IMG/VR virus record: IMGVR_UViG_3300046542_000259
Direction: 5' to 3' (one strand)
Length of the DNA: 37,252 nucleotides
Source of the DNA: a virus
Lineage: Duplodnaviria; Heunggongvirae; Uroviricota; Caudoviricetes
The notes under the pieces were generated by a model. The model made no database searches. It saw only the letters and a program-made list of their open reading frames with translations, and was not told the origin of the DNA. Made by a program: the position numbers and the translations under genes. Shown piece after piece: positions 25,595-34,059 of the stretch; positions within the stretch are counted from its first letter, which is position 1, and the number at the start of each line of letters is the position of its first letter.

Positions 25595-26092
25595 TTAAAA
25601 AGAAATCTCACAATAAACGAATGGTTCATTACCATATTCAACATGATCAGCGAACCAAACATTTGCCTCATGATATCGACACAAATTGGAAAGCTTATCA
25701 CCCAAATCATCCGCTTCCAATTCGTCACGGTCCCAAAAGCCGACACCGTGGCCCTGCGACGTGTACCACAAATCCCTACCGGCTTGCATCGCGTCATAAT
25801 CGCGTTGATAAGCCAGTTCAAGCAAATCATGCGCCACGGCTTCAAACGCGTCACAGAAAGCCATGATTTGCTTGAGTGAGTCAGGATGCAATTCAGCAAA
25901 GCCGACATCGTTAGGCAATGTCCCGTCAATCGTGCCTTCTCTCAAGCCTTCCTGCGTTTCTCCGCTAAACCAATCTTCACTTGATTCACAAGAGCACTCA
26001 GTGAAAAACATTGCCTCAATAAAACCGGCTACCATTTCAGGAAGAGCTTTGAATTCCGGCTCATATTTTCCGTTCATTACAAATTCAGGCAT
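25595..26092 (-). CDS. Conserved-type acidic phage protein (G.D.W.T..GHG.GFWDR family)
   Basis: AGRDLWYTSQGHGVGFWDR motif; AAGGA RBS before ATG 26092. Confidence 0.8.
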   Translation of the reverse strand: MPEFVMNGKYEPEFKALPEMVAGFIEAMFFTECSCESSEDWFSGETQEGLREGTIDGTLPNDVGFAELHPDSLKQIMAFCDAFEAVAHDLLELAYQRDYDAMQAGRDLWYTSQGHGVGFWDRDELEADDLGDKLSNLCRYHEANVWFADHVEYGNEPFVYCEISF

Positions 26093-26291
26093 TGTTAGAA
26101 TCCTTTGCAAACACAATGTAAGACATGCCGCAATCCGATTGCGCGAAAGTCTGCGTTTCAACGGACTTTGCCACTTTACCAATGGCACGGGCCAAAGCCC
26201 TAGCCTCTTTCGCGGTCATATAAACCGTTTCACCATTGCCGACATAGACCGCGACTTTATCGCGAAACCGATGCACTTGAGCCGTTGTCAT
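26085..26291 (-). CDS. Hypothetical early protein
   Basis: AAGGA RBS; inverted-repeat-embedded promoter. Confidence 0.75.
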   Translation of the reverse strand: MTTAQVHRFRDKVAVYVGNGETVYMTAKEARALARAIGKVAKSVETQTFAQSDCGMSYIVFAKDSNNA

Positions 26292-26360
26292 TTTCTCAAT
26301 TCCTTGTTTTTGCCTGTCACCAACTTAATCTTACATTTGGTGACAGTCAATAGCTAATTT

Positions 26361-26585
26361 TTAAAAATCGTCATCAAATTCAATATTGAGAACGTCGGCA
26401 AAGAAAGCCTTGTTTTCGAGAAACTTTTCCATGAATTGAATAAAGCTTCCCATGGGATAGCCTGATTCACGAAAAATCTTATCCATGCGTCTCACTGTCA
26501 ATTCTTCAATGTAATCTTCGGCTTTCTTGCGGGAATCAAAAGATTGACCATTAACTTCAAACTTTTCGACGCGGCGAATTATCAT
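26361..26585 (-). CDS. Hypothetical early protein
   Basis: GGAG RBS; follows 26587..26850 with a 1-nt gap. Confidence 0.75.
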   Translation of the reverse strand: MIIRRVEKFEVNGQSFDSRKKAEDYIEELTVRRMDKIFRESGYPMGSFIQFMEKFLENKAFFADVLNIEFDDDF

Positions 26586-26586
26586 G

Positions 26587-26850
26587 TCAGAAACTCCAAT
26601 GCTTTGCACGTGCCAACGACAACGCTCTATTGGTTCGGCGATATTGTTTGACCGGCATTTCGGAATAGCCGTCAAACCATGCTCCTAGCCTTTTAGTCCT
26701 TGCCCGCGCTACTTTGCCGGTGCATGTCGAGCTAGACGTTTCAGGGTCTTGACAATGGGCTTGCGCTTGCTCCAGCGTCAAATGAGTTTTGATCGTGCGA
26801 TTCGGTGTGTCACTGTCGCGGTAGTGACGAATGATTTTGTATTGCGGCAT
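26587..26850 (-). CDS. Hypothetical early protein
   Basis: LTLEQAQAHCQDPETSS..WFDGY motif; AAGGA RBS. Confidence 0.8.
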   Translation of the reverse strand: MPQYKIIRHYRDSDTPNRTIKTHLTLEQAQAHCQDPETSSSTCTGKVARARTKRLGAWFDGYSEMPVKQYRRTNRALSLARAKHWSF

Positions 26851-26938
26851 GACGTGATTTCCTTGTTTCGATAATCACAATCTATTATTTCCTAATCGTT
26901 ATGTCAATCGTTTTCTTACAAATATTCAAATTATTTTT

Positions 26939-27034
26939 GTTTATGGTTTGTTCCGTTTTTGGCGCGGCGCACCCTAGCCGTTCCCACGGCCATTCCGTTA
27001 AAAACAAAATAGGGCGTTTCCGCCCTACTGTCAA
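26939..27034 (-). promoter_or_regulatory. Inverted half LexA-box cassette
   Basis: - TTGACA-17-TATTTT in hairpin; motif TGGGAACGGCTAGGGTG; degenerate box GAAC-N7-AAAC 14 bp downstream. Confidence 0.7.
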
Positions 27035-27037
27035 GTA

Positions 27038-27310
27038 CTAATATTCGTTTCGTTCCGCAATCTTTGCGCGGCGCTGTTCTTCCCATTCTTCTAATGAAGC
27101 CTCATCTTCATCGGTCCAAGTATCACCATGCACGGCATGGTGTGCATCATATTCATCAAAAGGCGACGAAATATCAAAATCATAAGACTCCTCATCTTCC
27201 TCAATATTACAATCCGCCCAATCAACCGACACGGCAGACTCATTGTGAAGCGCTTGCTCATAAAGAAAGTCAAGCTCATCTTCTGTCATCGTGCTCATTA
27301 TGCGGGGCAT
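27038..27310 (-). CDS. Highly acidic small protein (29 D/E of 90 aa)
   Basis: AAGGAG RBS; composition counted by hand. Confidence 0.8.
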   Translation of the reverse strand: MPRIMSTMTEDELDFLYEQALHNESAVSVDWADCNIEEDEESYDFDISSPFDEYDAHHAVHGDTWTDEDEASLEEWEEQRRAKIAERNEY

Positions 27311-27322
27311 TGCTCGACTCCT

Positions 27323-27502
27323 TCAAAGACCTACATTTGCTTTAATTGCATCCAATCTATACCAAATCGCGGCGAAAGATGCAATGGCAAAAATTGAAAA
27401 AATCATTATAGAAACAAATCCAGTCATCATTGCGCTATTGTGCGCCTTAAGGTCAGTCATGACTCGGAGATTGATTTCTTTGACCCGCTCTTGAGTGTTC
27501 AT
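27323..27502 (-). CDS. Hypothetical membrane protein, 59 aa
   Basis: MNTQERVKEINLRVM...; one TM segment; AGGA RBS. Confidence 0.6.
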   Translation of the reverse strand: MNTQERVKEINLRVMTDLKAHNSAMMTGFVSIMIFSIFAIASFAAIWYRLDAIKANVGL

Positions 27503-27566
27503 TGCTTTGTTCCTGCTATCTAGCGTTTCGATATAAACAAGATAACAGGAACATGTTAAAGAAAGA

Positions 27567-27917
27567 TTAACGTGCCAGAGTATAAATCACATAACCTTTG
27601 TTTTTCAATTCTTCCATATCGTCGGTTATGCAATAATCGTTATAGTACCAAAAATTGCCGATGACTTCGCGGTTTCCATCGTCATCCGTATCCAGAGACT
27701 CAGCGATGCACGGCGCACTAGTGAGACCGACAAAGGGATTCCCGTCGCCACCATCAAACGGCTCGTATGAGCCATTAGAAGAATATGGCTCGAATATATC
27801 CGCCATCATAGTCCAATAGTTGCGATCCAACGCGAACCATTCCGCAAGCTCTTTTCTGCCTTCATTTGAGGCTGTGAGCTTCAAATCACCGTTCGGAAGA
27901 ATTGTGACGTTAAACAT
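27567..27917 (-). CDS. Hypothetical early protein
   Basis: GAGGA RBS before MFNVT. Confidence 0.8.
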   Translation of the reverse strand: MFNVTILPNGDLKLTASNEGRKELAEWFALDRNYWTMMADIFEPYSSNGSYEPFDGGDGNPFVGLTSAPCIAESLDTDDDGNREVIGNFWYYNDYCITDDMEELKNKGYVIYTLAR

Positions 27918-28032
27918 TGTTAACTTTCCTCTCAATAGTCCTAATAGCGTTGTTTGTTCCTGCAACGCTGTGAAGCGTAAACGTGCAAAGGAATAATGAA
28001 GCCAAAGCGACGATGTGAATAACTTTCGACAT
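27910..28032 (-). CDS. Hypothetical membrane/secreted peptide, 40 aa
   Basis: MSKVIHIVALASLFLCTF...; GGGAG RBS. Confidence 0.55.
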   Translation of the reverse strand: MSKVIHIVALASLFLCTFTLHSVAGTNNAIRTIERKVNNV

Positions 28033-28083
28033 TGGTTTAACTCCCTTTCTGTTTTCTTACATTAAGGGAGTTAAATCATTAAG

Positions 28084-28266
28084 TCAAGAGTCCTTTTCAA
28101 CCAACGTTACAGATTGAACGTAATTGTGCTGGCAAACCCATTTCATAAAATCTTCCGGTTCATGCCATGCGCCGGGAACCATATCGAGCATTAGCTCGAT
28201 TTCGATTTTGACCTTTTTCGCAAACTTGCTTTCGTAGCGGTTCGGGTTTTCAATTGTCTTAGACAT
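28084..28266 (-). CDS. Hypothetical early protein
   Basis: AAGGA RBS; leader nearly identical to that of 21760..22011. Confidence 0.75.
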   Translation of the reverse strand: MSKTIENPNRYESKFAKKVKIEIELMLDMVPGAWHEPEDFMKWVCQHNYVQSVTLVEKDS

Positions 28267-28381
28267 GACGCTTTTTCCTTTTGTTAAGCGTTTAATTGAT
28301 CTAATGACAAACTACGTTTTATTACATGTCATGTCAAGCGATTTTTTATAAAAAGAAAGTTATTTTATTTCGGGAAAGCGC

Positions 28382-28580
28382 TTGACATAGTGATTAGAAA
28401 CGCTTAGTATTTAGTTACAGCAGGGGTTGGGGAACGGCGAGGCTGGGCGCTATTTATTTCGGAACAAAACGTGAACAAAAGAATCAGGCAGGTTAGCCGT
28501 TCGCATCCTCACCACGATTAGAGCCATCGCTGTTTCATTGGATTGAAATAAGAATAGCGCCATTCGCGGCGCTATGTCAA
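28382..28580. promoter_or_regulatory. LexA-box cassette 4 (convergent promoters)
   Basis: + TTGACA-17-TAGTAT; box 28462-28476; reverse motif 28487-28508; - TTGACA-18-TATTCT in hairpin. Confidence 0.85.
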
Positions 28581-28589
28581 TCATTATTT

Positions 28590-28781
28590 TTAAAAATCTG
28601 CGATACACTGACTTTCAAAAGGTGAGCCGATTGAGGCGAAATTTGTTGCGCCATTATCGAACGTGACAAAGATTTTTCCTTTGTCAATATCTATTTTGTC
28701 AACCGTGAAACATACCGTTGCGCCATCATTCCAAGTGTAACGATAACGCTTGCCAATTGAGACGTGAGTCTTGTGTTTCAT
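28590..28781 (-). CDS. Hypothetical early protein
   Basis: GGGA RBS before MKHKTH. Confidence 0.7.
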   Translation of the reverse strand: MKHKTHVSIGKRYRYTWNDGATVCFTVDKIDIDKGKIFVTFDNGATNFASIGSPFESQCIADF

Positions 28782-28800
28782 CTCAGTTATTCCCGTCTTA

Positions 28801-29043
28801 TTAGATTGCGCCATAAACCCATTTGTTAATCGCGGGTGGAATTTCGAAAACATTTTTCGGATCATGCTTATAGTAAACATATTCCGAATTATGCAGATTG
28901 ACCGCGTTCATTGCGTCGGCTTGCCAGTCATACCGAGTCGCTTCTTGAAGCGCAAAGGTATAGGTCATTTCGCCGTCATCGTTCATGCCAGTAGCGTAAG
29001 CATTGTGTTGAGCGAGTTTCATATAAACGATGTATTTTGCCAT
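28801..29043 (-). CDS. Hypothetical early protein
   Basis: AAGGA RBS before MAKYIV. Confidence 0.75.
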   Translation of the reverse strand: MAKYIVYMKLAQHNAYATGMNDDGEMTYTFALQEATRYDWQADAMNAVNLHNSEYVYYKHDPKNVFEIPPAINKWVYGAI

Positions 29044-29112
29044 GACTGCGATTTCCTTGTTTCGATGACTCACAATACAATTTCTTACATTGTGAGTCAA
29101 GGATTATTTCAG

Positions 29113-29289
29113 CTATTTAAACACTTTATACTCAAACAATCCATAAATTTCTATTCCGCATTTCGCGGCGAAGCGAGTCGCTCTTTCCTGATTGGCGCAA
29201 CGCCTTGCCTCTTTCCACGTTCCCCACGTGCCATCGCTTTTGAGATACAAATCTTCAAGCAACGAATTTTTTCTGATTCTTACTGTCAT
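29113..29289 (-). CDS. Hypothetical early protein, 58 aa
   Basis: MTVRIRKNSLLEDLYLKSDGTWGTW...; GAGGG RBS. Confidence 0.65.
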   Translation of the reverse strand: MTVRIRKNSLLEDLYLKSDGTWGTWKEARRCANQERATRFAAKCGIEIYGLFEYKVFK

Positions 29290-29290
29290 G

Positions 29291-29488
29291 TCAAACCCTC
29301 TCTATCAATTCATAGCGCCAGCGGGCCACATCCATAACGTTCCAGAGCGCAACACGTGCCATGGCATGAGCCTTGCTTAACGCGGTTTGCCTATCGACCG
29401 TAGCAAATTCGTCATCGCATACCTTGACGCGACGGAACCAAAACAGATATGTGCCACGGCTATGGAGTTCGTTATACGGGATTTCCAT
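29291..29488 (-). CDS. Hypothetical early protein
   Basis: Packed between neighbours; start MEIPYN. Confidence 0.65.
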   Translation of the reverse strand: MEIPYNELHSRGTYLFWFRRVKVCDDEFATVDRQTALSKAHAMARVALWNVMDVARWRYELIERV

Positions 29489-29492
29489 TGTC

Positions 29493-30089
29493 TCAGCCTT
29501 CCCGATTGCCGTTAATATCGAACGTGTATTCGTTGCAGCGAATATTCTCGTCCACTGATTCGTCGCTGTTTTGATCATTGTAATAGTTTTCGAGTTCCCT
29601 GTAAATCCATTTCATGAACCGGCGCAATGTTGCAGCCATTTCGTCATGAGTCTCAGCCGGAACATAATCGCCAGTGAAGCTATTGAAAACGTCAATATCG
29701 GTGCAATATTCGTGCGAATAATGCCCGCTATGCTTTACCTTTGCTTCAAGGCGATAGAAGTTTTTACGCTGCAATTCCTGCAATTCGTTGGCGATATTTT
29801 CTAGCGTTTCCATTCCGCCAGTATATGCAGAAATAGCATCACGTGCTTTCTTTGCATAACTGTAACGGCCTTCGAAGCACGCCCCATCACCTTGGGAAGA
29901 GAAGCCGCTAAAGTAAATGTTATCAATCTGAATCCCTAGCAGCTTGCCGCATTCCGTAACATCCTCAAAGGTTGAATCCCACCATTCATCTTGAGCGCTG
30001 TCGGTACGGAACCAATCGCGGGCCTTTTCTTTAGCCGTGTCGCTCAGTTCGTCATACTTGTAAACCGTTGTTTCAATGATTTCTGGCAT
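29493..30089 (-). CDS. Member of the plasmid/ICE/phage family commonly labelled 'antitoxin of toxin-antitoxin stability system'
   Basis: MPEIIETTVY..DELSD.AKEKAR.W, FSGFSSQGDGACFEG and NEYTF motifs; family recalled from memory. Confidence 0.75.
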   Translation of the reverse strand: MPEIIETTVYKYDELSDTAKEKARDWFRTDSAQDEWWDSTFEDVTECGKLLGIQIDNIYFSGFSSQGDGACFEGRYSYAKKARDAISAYTGGMETLENIANELQELQRKNFYRLEAKVKHSGHYSHEYCTDIDVFNSFTGDYVPAETHDEMAATLRRFMKWIYRELENYYNDQNSDESVDENIRCNEYTFDINGNREG

Positions 30090-30184
30090 GGTCTGAATCC
30101 TTTGTTCATTTGATTTAACCTAATCTACATGTAAGAAAACGATTTGGCAAGTGATTTTATTTTTAAAAAATGTAATTTTGTCAG

Positions 30185-30416
30185 TTGACATAGGAAGTAG
30201 AATCGCCTATTCTAAACTTAATCCAAGGATGGAACGTCGAGAGGACGAGGCCGGAGGATGGGAACGGCGAACCTGCCCGCTTCAAAAATCAGAACAAAAC
30301 GTGAACAAAAATTTATTCCAACCCTCGTTCTCCCTGCCTATGGCGATTCGAAATCGCTAATCAATGACATAATTATAATTTAAACGATTATCCCGGCCTA
30401 GTCAATAGGCCGGGAT
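30185..30416. promoter_or_regulatory. LexA-box cassette 5 (convergent promoters)
   Basis: + TTGACA-17-TATTCT; motif 30256-30277; box 30292-30306; - TTGACT-17-TAAATT with -35 in hairpin loop. Confidence 0.85.
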
Positions 30417-30429
30417 ATTATATTTTCAG

Positions 30430-30645
30430 TTATTCCACCTTTTTAATCAGACCATTTTCCATCGTGACTTTACCGAAAAATTCCCTTCCCGGCAATCCAG
30501 TGACGGCGGGACGGTGAGCCACAACGAAAGAACCATTGGCGCGGTATTCCTCGCCAAACATGGAAGTTTCGCGATACTTCAGCGCCTTGCCGATATTTTC
30601 CTTCAATTCCTTTTTCGACCGATAGCCTGTTACCAAAAGCGTCAT
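30430..30645 (-). CDS. Conserved-type small phage protein
   Basis: Y.SKKELKENIG..L.Y.ETSMFG.EY motif; AAGGA RBS. Confidence 0.8.
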   Translation of the reverse strand: MTLLVTGYRSKKELKENIGKALKYRETSMFGEEYRANGSFVVAHRPAVTGLPGREFFGKVTMENGLIKKVE

Positions 30646-30683
30646 AACCGTTGTTCCTTTGCTTTGTTGATATAACCGTTTTA

Positions 30684-30950
30684 TTACAATTTAAAAACGG
30701 AGACAACTAATTTTTCAAGTTTTCTGATTTCAGCTGAGCGAGTGAAACTTTCGCCACGACATAGTGTGAAGCCTTTATAACCGCGTTTTCTACACTCAGC
30801 TAGTGCTATGTCACGATGTGTCGCCATGTTCTGGCGACCGTCAAGAATGACAACGGAACGGTCGCCACAAGCCGGTATGAGCTTGACAGGGCCGGAAAAG
30901 TCTATTCCGTTCCATCCCGTCGAATCGTGGTAGAATTGGGCGTAAATCAT
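30684..30950 (-). CDS. Hypothetical early protein
   Basis: ATGA overlap with upstream gene; GDRSVVILDGR motif. Confidence 0.8.
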   Translation of the reverse strand: MIYAQFYHDSTGWNGIDFSGPVKLIPACGDRSVVILDGRQNMATHRDIALAECRKRGYKGFTLCRGESFTRSAEIRKLEKLVVSVFKL

Positions 30951-31204
30951 TTCGATTCCTTCCTTGCCAAGCCTATCAGAACGACTCGAACCTCTTTCGC
31001 CATCGCCGTTTCGTCATCGCGCCGGTTGGCGCAAGCCTTCCTGTATAGCTCTGTAGCACTACAGCCAGTTGTTTTCATATGAGCCTTGACCGCTTCCACC
31101 GCTTCATTGTGAAGCGCGGCGCTAGCGGCATGAATAGCCGCCATCTTTGCCTTATTCGGCTTGAGCGTTTTAACCGCGCCGCGATATAGTTTATCAGCGT
31201 TCAT
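30947..31204 (-). CDS. Hypothetical early protein
   Basis: GAGGA RBS before MNADKL. Confidence 0.75.
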   Translation of the reverse strand: MNADKLYRGAVKTLKPNKAKMAAIHAASAALHNEAVEAVKAHMKTTGCSATELYRKACANRRDDETAMAKEVRVVLIGLARKESK

Positions 31205-31258
31205 TGCTCTATTCCTCTTGTTTCGATACATACGTATTATTACATTGAAGAAATCATG

Positions 31259-31498
31259 TCAAGCGTTAATCGTAATAACTTCCGGTTCACGTTCCTTGAC
31301 TTGGTATTCTTTAACTACTGAATTCAAGCCGCTTCCAACTTCGAACAAAACGAAATTGTAATATCCAGCCCTAGAGAGTGAAATAACACGAGTCTCGCAT
31401 TGTTCTACAGCCCATTCCTCTTTATCGTTTTGAATCGCATGATCGATACGCGGCAAAAGGGCGGAACCTGTAGCAGATAGAATATAGCCAATTTTCAT
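31259..31498 (-). CDS. Hypothetical early protein
   Basis: AAGGAG RBS; own promoter. Confidence 0.75.
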   Translation of the reverse strand: MKIGYILSATGSALLPRIDHAIQNDKEEWAVEQCETRVISLSRAGYYNFVLFEVGSGLNSVVKEYQVKEREPEVITINA

Positions 31499-31589
31499 TT
31501 CAACGACTCCTTGTTTCTATAATCACAATCTAAGTCATTTTCTTACAATGGTCAAGCCTATTAATTTAAATAATTTTGGAAAATAGTTG

Positions 31590-31816
31590 TTGACTTAGGA
31601 CGTAGAATCGCCTATTCTAATCTTAATCCAACGATCCAGCGCCGAGAGGGCGTCGGGAAGGATGGGAACGGCGAACCTGCCCGTTTTTTAAAATGGAACA
31701 AAACGTGAACAGAAATTTGTTCCAGCCCCGCCGTTCCCACGCTATTCTTTTTGAAAAAAGTTTCAGAAAGAATGTTCCGTTAAAACAAGACTAGAGGATT
31801 TTCATCCTCTAGTCAA
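31590..31816. promoter_or_regulatory. LexA-box cassette 6 (convergent promoters)
   Basis: + TTGACT-17-TATTCT; motif 31660-31681; box 31696-31710; - promoter/hairpin 31788-31816 identical to cassette 2. Confidence 0.85.
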
Positions 31817-31824
31817 TAACTATT

Positions 31825-32049
31825 TTAAAATTTAATCGATTCGCCAACATGGCCCGAATTTTGCATCTCATTCAAACGATTGTCTAAAACGCTCCATTCC
31901 TGATAATCTTCCGGTTCCATATCATCTAGGCCGCAATCCTCATATTTGGCCCGCAACGTGTCCCGCTTTTCCATCGTCTCTTGATATTCGAGACTGCAAC
32001 GCGTTACACCTTTGCCATTTGGCCAGTCAATAAAGCCGTTATGTTCCAT
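31825..32049 (-). CDS. Hypothetical early protein
   Basis: GGAG RBS; own promoter. Confidence 0.75.
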   Translation of the reverse strand: MEHNGFIDWPNGKGVTRCSLEYQETMEKRDTLRAKYEDCGLDDMEPEDYQEWSVLDNRLNEMQNSGHVGESIKF

Positions 32050-32127
32050 CGCTTCAATCTCCGTTTCAATAATTAAAGATTAAAACATTGCGCCGTCCTA
32101 GTCAATAGAGCGGCGCAATTTATTTTA

Positions 32128-32736
32128 TTAATCTTCAGTTTCCTCCTTTTCAGGCAAGCGATACCACGCTGTAAAGTGTACATCAAATTGTCCGACACTA
32201 TCGATTGAGAAAACAAATTCTTCGCAATCTGGAAACTTTTCTTGAATAAGTTTCTTTACTGATTCAGGTGTATCGGTTTGACCATGATGGAACCCGGATT
32301 CGGCCTGATAATCAAACTTGACAAAGCCGAATTGAGCAAAATCAATTTCCCACGAATCCGCCACGTTATGATCACATGAAAGCAAATCTTCAAGGTAACG
32401 TTCGGGATTTGCTTCGGCCTCCCGACGACTCCACACTTCACAGTTAAGAATGTTAAACGTAGGAGTCCGGCCATAATATGACGGTTGTGTTTCGTGAACC
32501 AAACCTTCACTATCGCTAATGGTTTCATCATAGAAGCGCAATTGCATTCCCTTACATTCCATCAATTCGCTCAAACGTCTCTGATTTTTGGTTTCCAGCG
32601 TCTCACCTTCAGGAGCGGGCCACAAGCGCCACAAATCGCCGGTCCAAACGTGTTCGCCAGATTCATAATGAGTGCCCTCATACGTCAATTTGTTGTTTTC
32701 TTCAAAGATGGAAAGCAGGCGATTCAGTGTGAACAT
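32128..32736 (-). CDS. Hypothetical acidic early protein
   Basis: 202 aa; AGGAG RBS; ESGFHHGQTD.P..GQFD motif. Confidence 0.85.
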   Translation of the reverse strand: MFTLNRLLSIFEENNKLTYEGTHYESGEHVWTGDLWRLWPAPEGETLETKNQRRLSELMECKGMQLRFYDETISDSEGLVHETQPSYYGRTPTFNILNCEVWSRREAEANPERYLEDLLSCDHNVADSWEIDFAQFGFVKFDYQAESGFHHGQTDTPESVKKLIQEKFPDCEEFVFSIDSVGQFDVHFTAWYRLPEKEETED

Positions 32737-32797
32737 GTTCGCGACTCCTGTTAGCGCGTTTCTATACTACCGTTTTATTACATTTTGAAGAATAATG

Positions 32798-33034
32798 TCA
32801 AGCGACAATTTCACCGAATTTCTGGCAATCTTGTGTCAATGCAAGCAACGCGGGTCCGTCAAAGTCCTGCGAGTCAAGAATATTGCCTTGACTATCTTTG
32901 ACTTCAAAGTCAATCAAATCACCATTGCTCGCAAATTCGCAAGAGATGGATTCCATGTCATCCGGTAAACCATGGCAAGGCCATGATTTCTTAAAATCAT
33001 AGATGAAATCCTCATCTAAGGTTTTCCATACCAT
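32798..33034 (-). CDS. Hypothetical acidic early protein
   Basis: AAGGA RBS. Confidence 0.75.
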   Translation of the reverse strand: MVWKTLDEDFIYDFKKSWPCHGLPDDMESISCEFASNGDLIDFEVKDSQGNILDSQDFDGPALLALTQDCQKFGEIVA

Positions 33035-33076
33035 TACAATGATTCCTTATCAATGTGTTTCGTTACATACGTTTTA

Positions 33077-33331
33077 TTACATTTCCGATTCACGGTCAAG
33101 ATAAAAATTGAAACTTTTCCAGCAAACCGCGCTTTCTTTTTTGGTGTCGCGTGTTTCGGCGTAATAGTCGGCGCAACCATTAGGAATATAACCGTCGCTT
33201 TCTGCAATGGTTACACCAACGGCAATGGCCCATTTCTTGACGTGGAATTCAGGATCAATCGACTCGTTAGGTGCGAGTCGGCGCAATAGCTCATGTTCGC
33301 CGGTTCGATTGTTTAGGATTGCGATATACAT
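33077..33331 (-). CDS. Hypothetical early protein
   Basis: GAGGA RBS; TTGACA-17-TATAGC promoter. Confidence 0.75.
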   Translation of the reverse strand: MYIAILNNRTGEHELLRRLAPNESIDPEFHVKKWAIAVGVTIAESDGYIPNGCADYYAETRDTKKESAVCWKSFNFYLDRESEM

Positions 33332-33435
33332 TGCTAAAGTCCTCTTGTTTCGTTGCAGCTATAATGAGTGAAGCTTGACTCACTGTCAAGTAAGAAAACG
33401 GCAAAAATTAAAATAATTATTTTGGGGAATAATGA

Positions 33436-33643
33436 TTGACTTAGTGATTAGAATCAACTATTCTAAAGTTAATCCAACGGGATGGGAACGGCGAACCTGC
33501 CAACTTTTTATTTTGGAACGAATCGTGAACAGAAATATGGCGCAGATTCTCCGTTCGCCACCTAGACCGCTATCGCAACGCTCATCTTTGATGTAGTTTT
33601 AGTTTAGACCTTTGCCACTACCCCGTCAAGAGGTAGTGGCAAA
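33436..33643. promoter_or_regulatory. LexA-box cassette 7 (convergent promoters)
   Basis: + TTGACT-17-TATTCT; motif 33479-33501; box 33516-33530; - TTGACG-17-TAAACT with -35 in hairpin loop. Confidence 0.85.
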
Positions 33644-33651
33644 TTATTTTA

Positions 33652-33714
33652 TTAAAGCGGAAAAATAATCCAGAGTAGAATTATTAGTGTAACAAACACT
33701 AATAATCTAATCAC
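33652..33714 (-). CDS. Single-TM micropeptide MIRLLVFVTLIILLWIIFPL
   Basis: GTG abuts the upstream stop; LLWIIFPL shared with 21001..21081. Confidence 0.55.
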   Translation of the reverse strand: MIRLLVFVTLIILLWIIFPL

Positions 33715-33963
33715 TTAAACGTCGCCCCATTTCAGGTCAAAGACATTAGGAAAATACTCGGTTCCCATGGAGTCATCGTTCCACTTGACCCAAACTCGGT
33801 TATGGCCGTTATTGGGCCATCCTGTCACGGTCGCAAGTTCGCCGCGACCCGATGTGACCTTATCGCCAACTTTAACCGGCGTTCCGTCGCTGTGGAACAA
33901 TGGACGAACCGGCGAAACCTTTTTGATCTCTCCAAAACCTCTAAGCTTAATTGTCTTTGCCAT
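33715..33963 (-). CDS. Hypothetical early protein (SH3/KOW-like barrel possible)
   Basis: AAGGAG RBS; VKVGDKV..G..ATV..VWVKW pattern. Confidence 0.75.
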   Translation of the reverse strand: MAKTIKLRGFGEIKKVSPVRPLFHSDGTPVKVGDKVTSGRGELATVTGWPNNGHNRVWVKWNDDSMGTEYFPNVFDLKWGDV

Positions 33964-34059
33964 TTACTGAGTCGCTCCTTTGTTTTGACTATTTGTATCC
34001 TAATGTAAGAAAATGATTTAGTCAAACGATTTTTTATAAAAAGAATTTTAAAATAGCTA

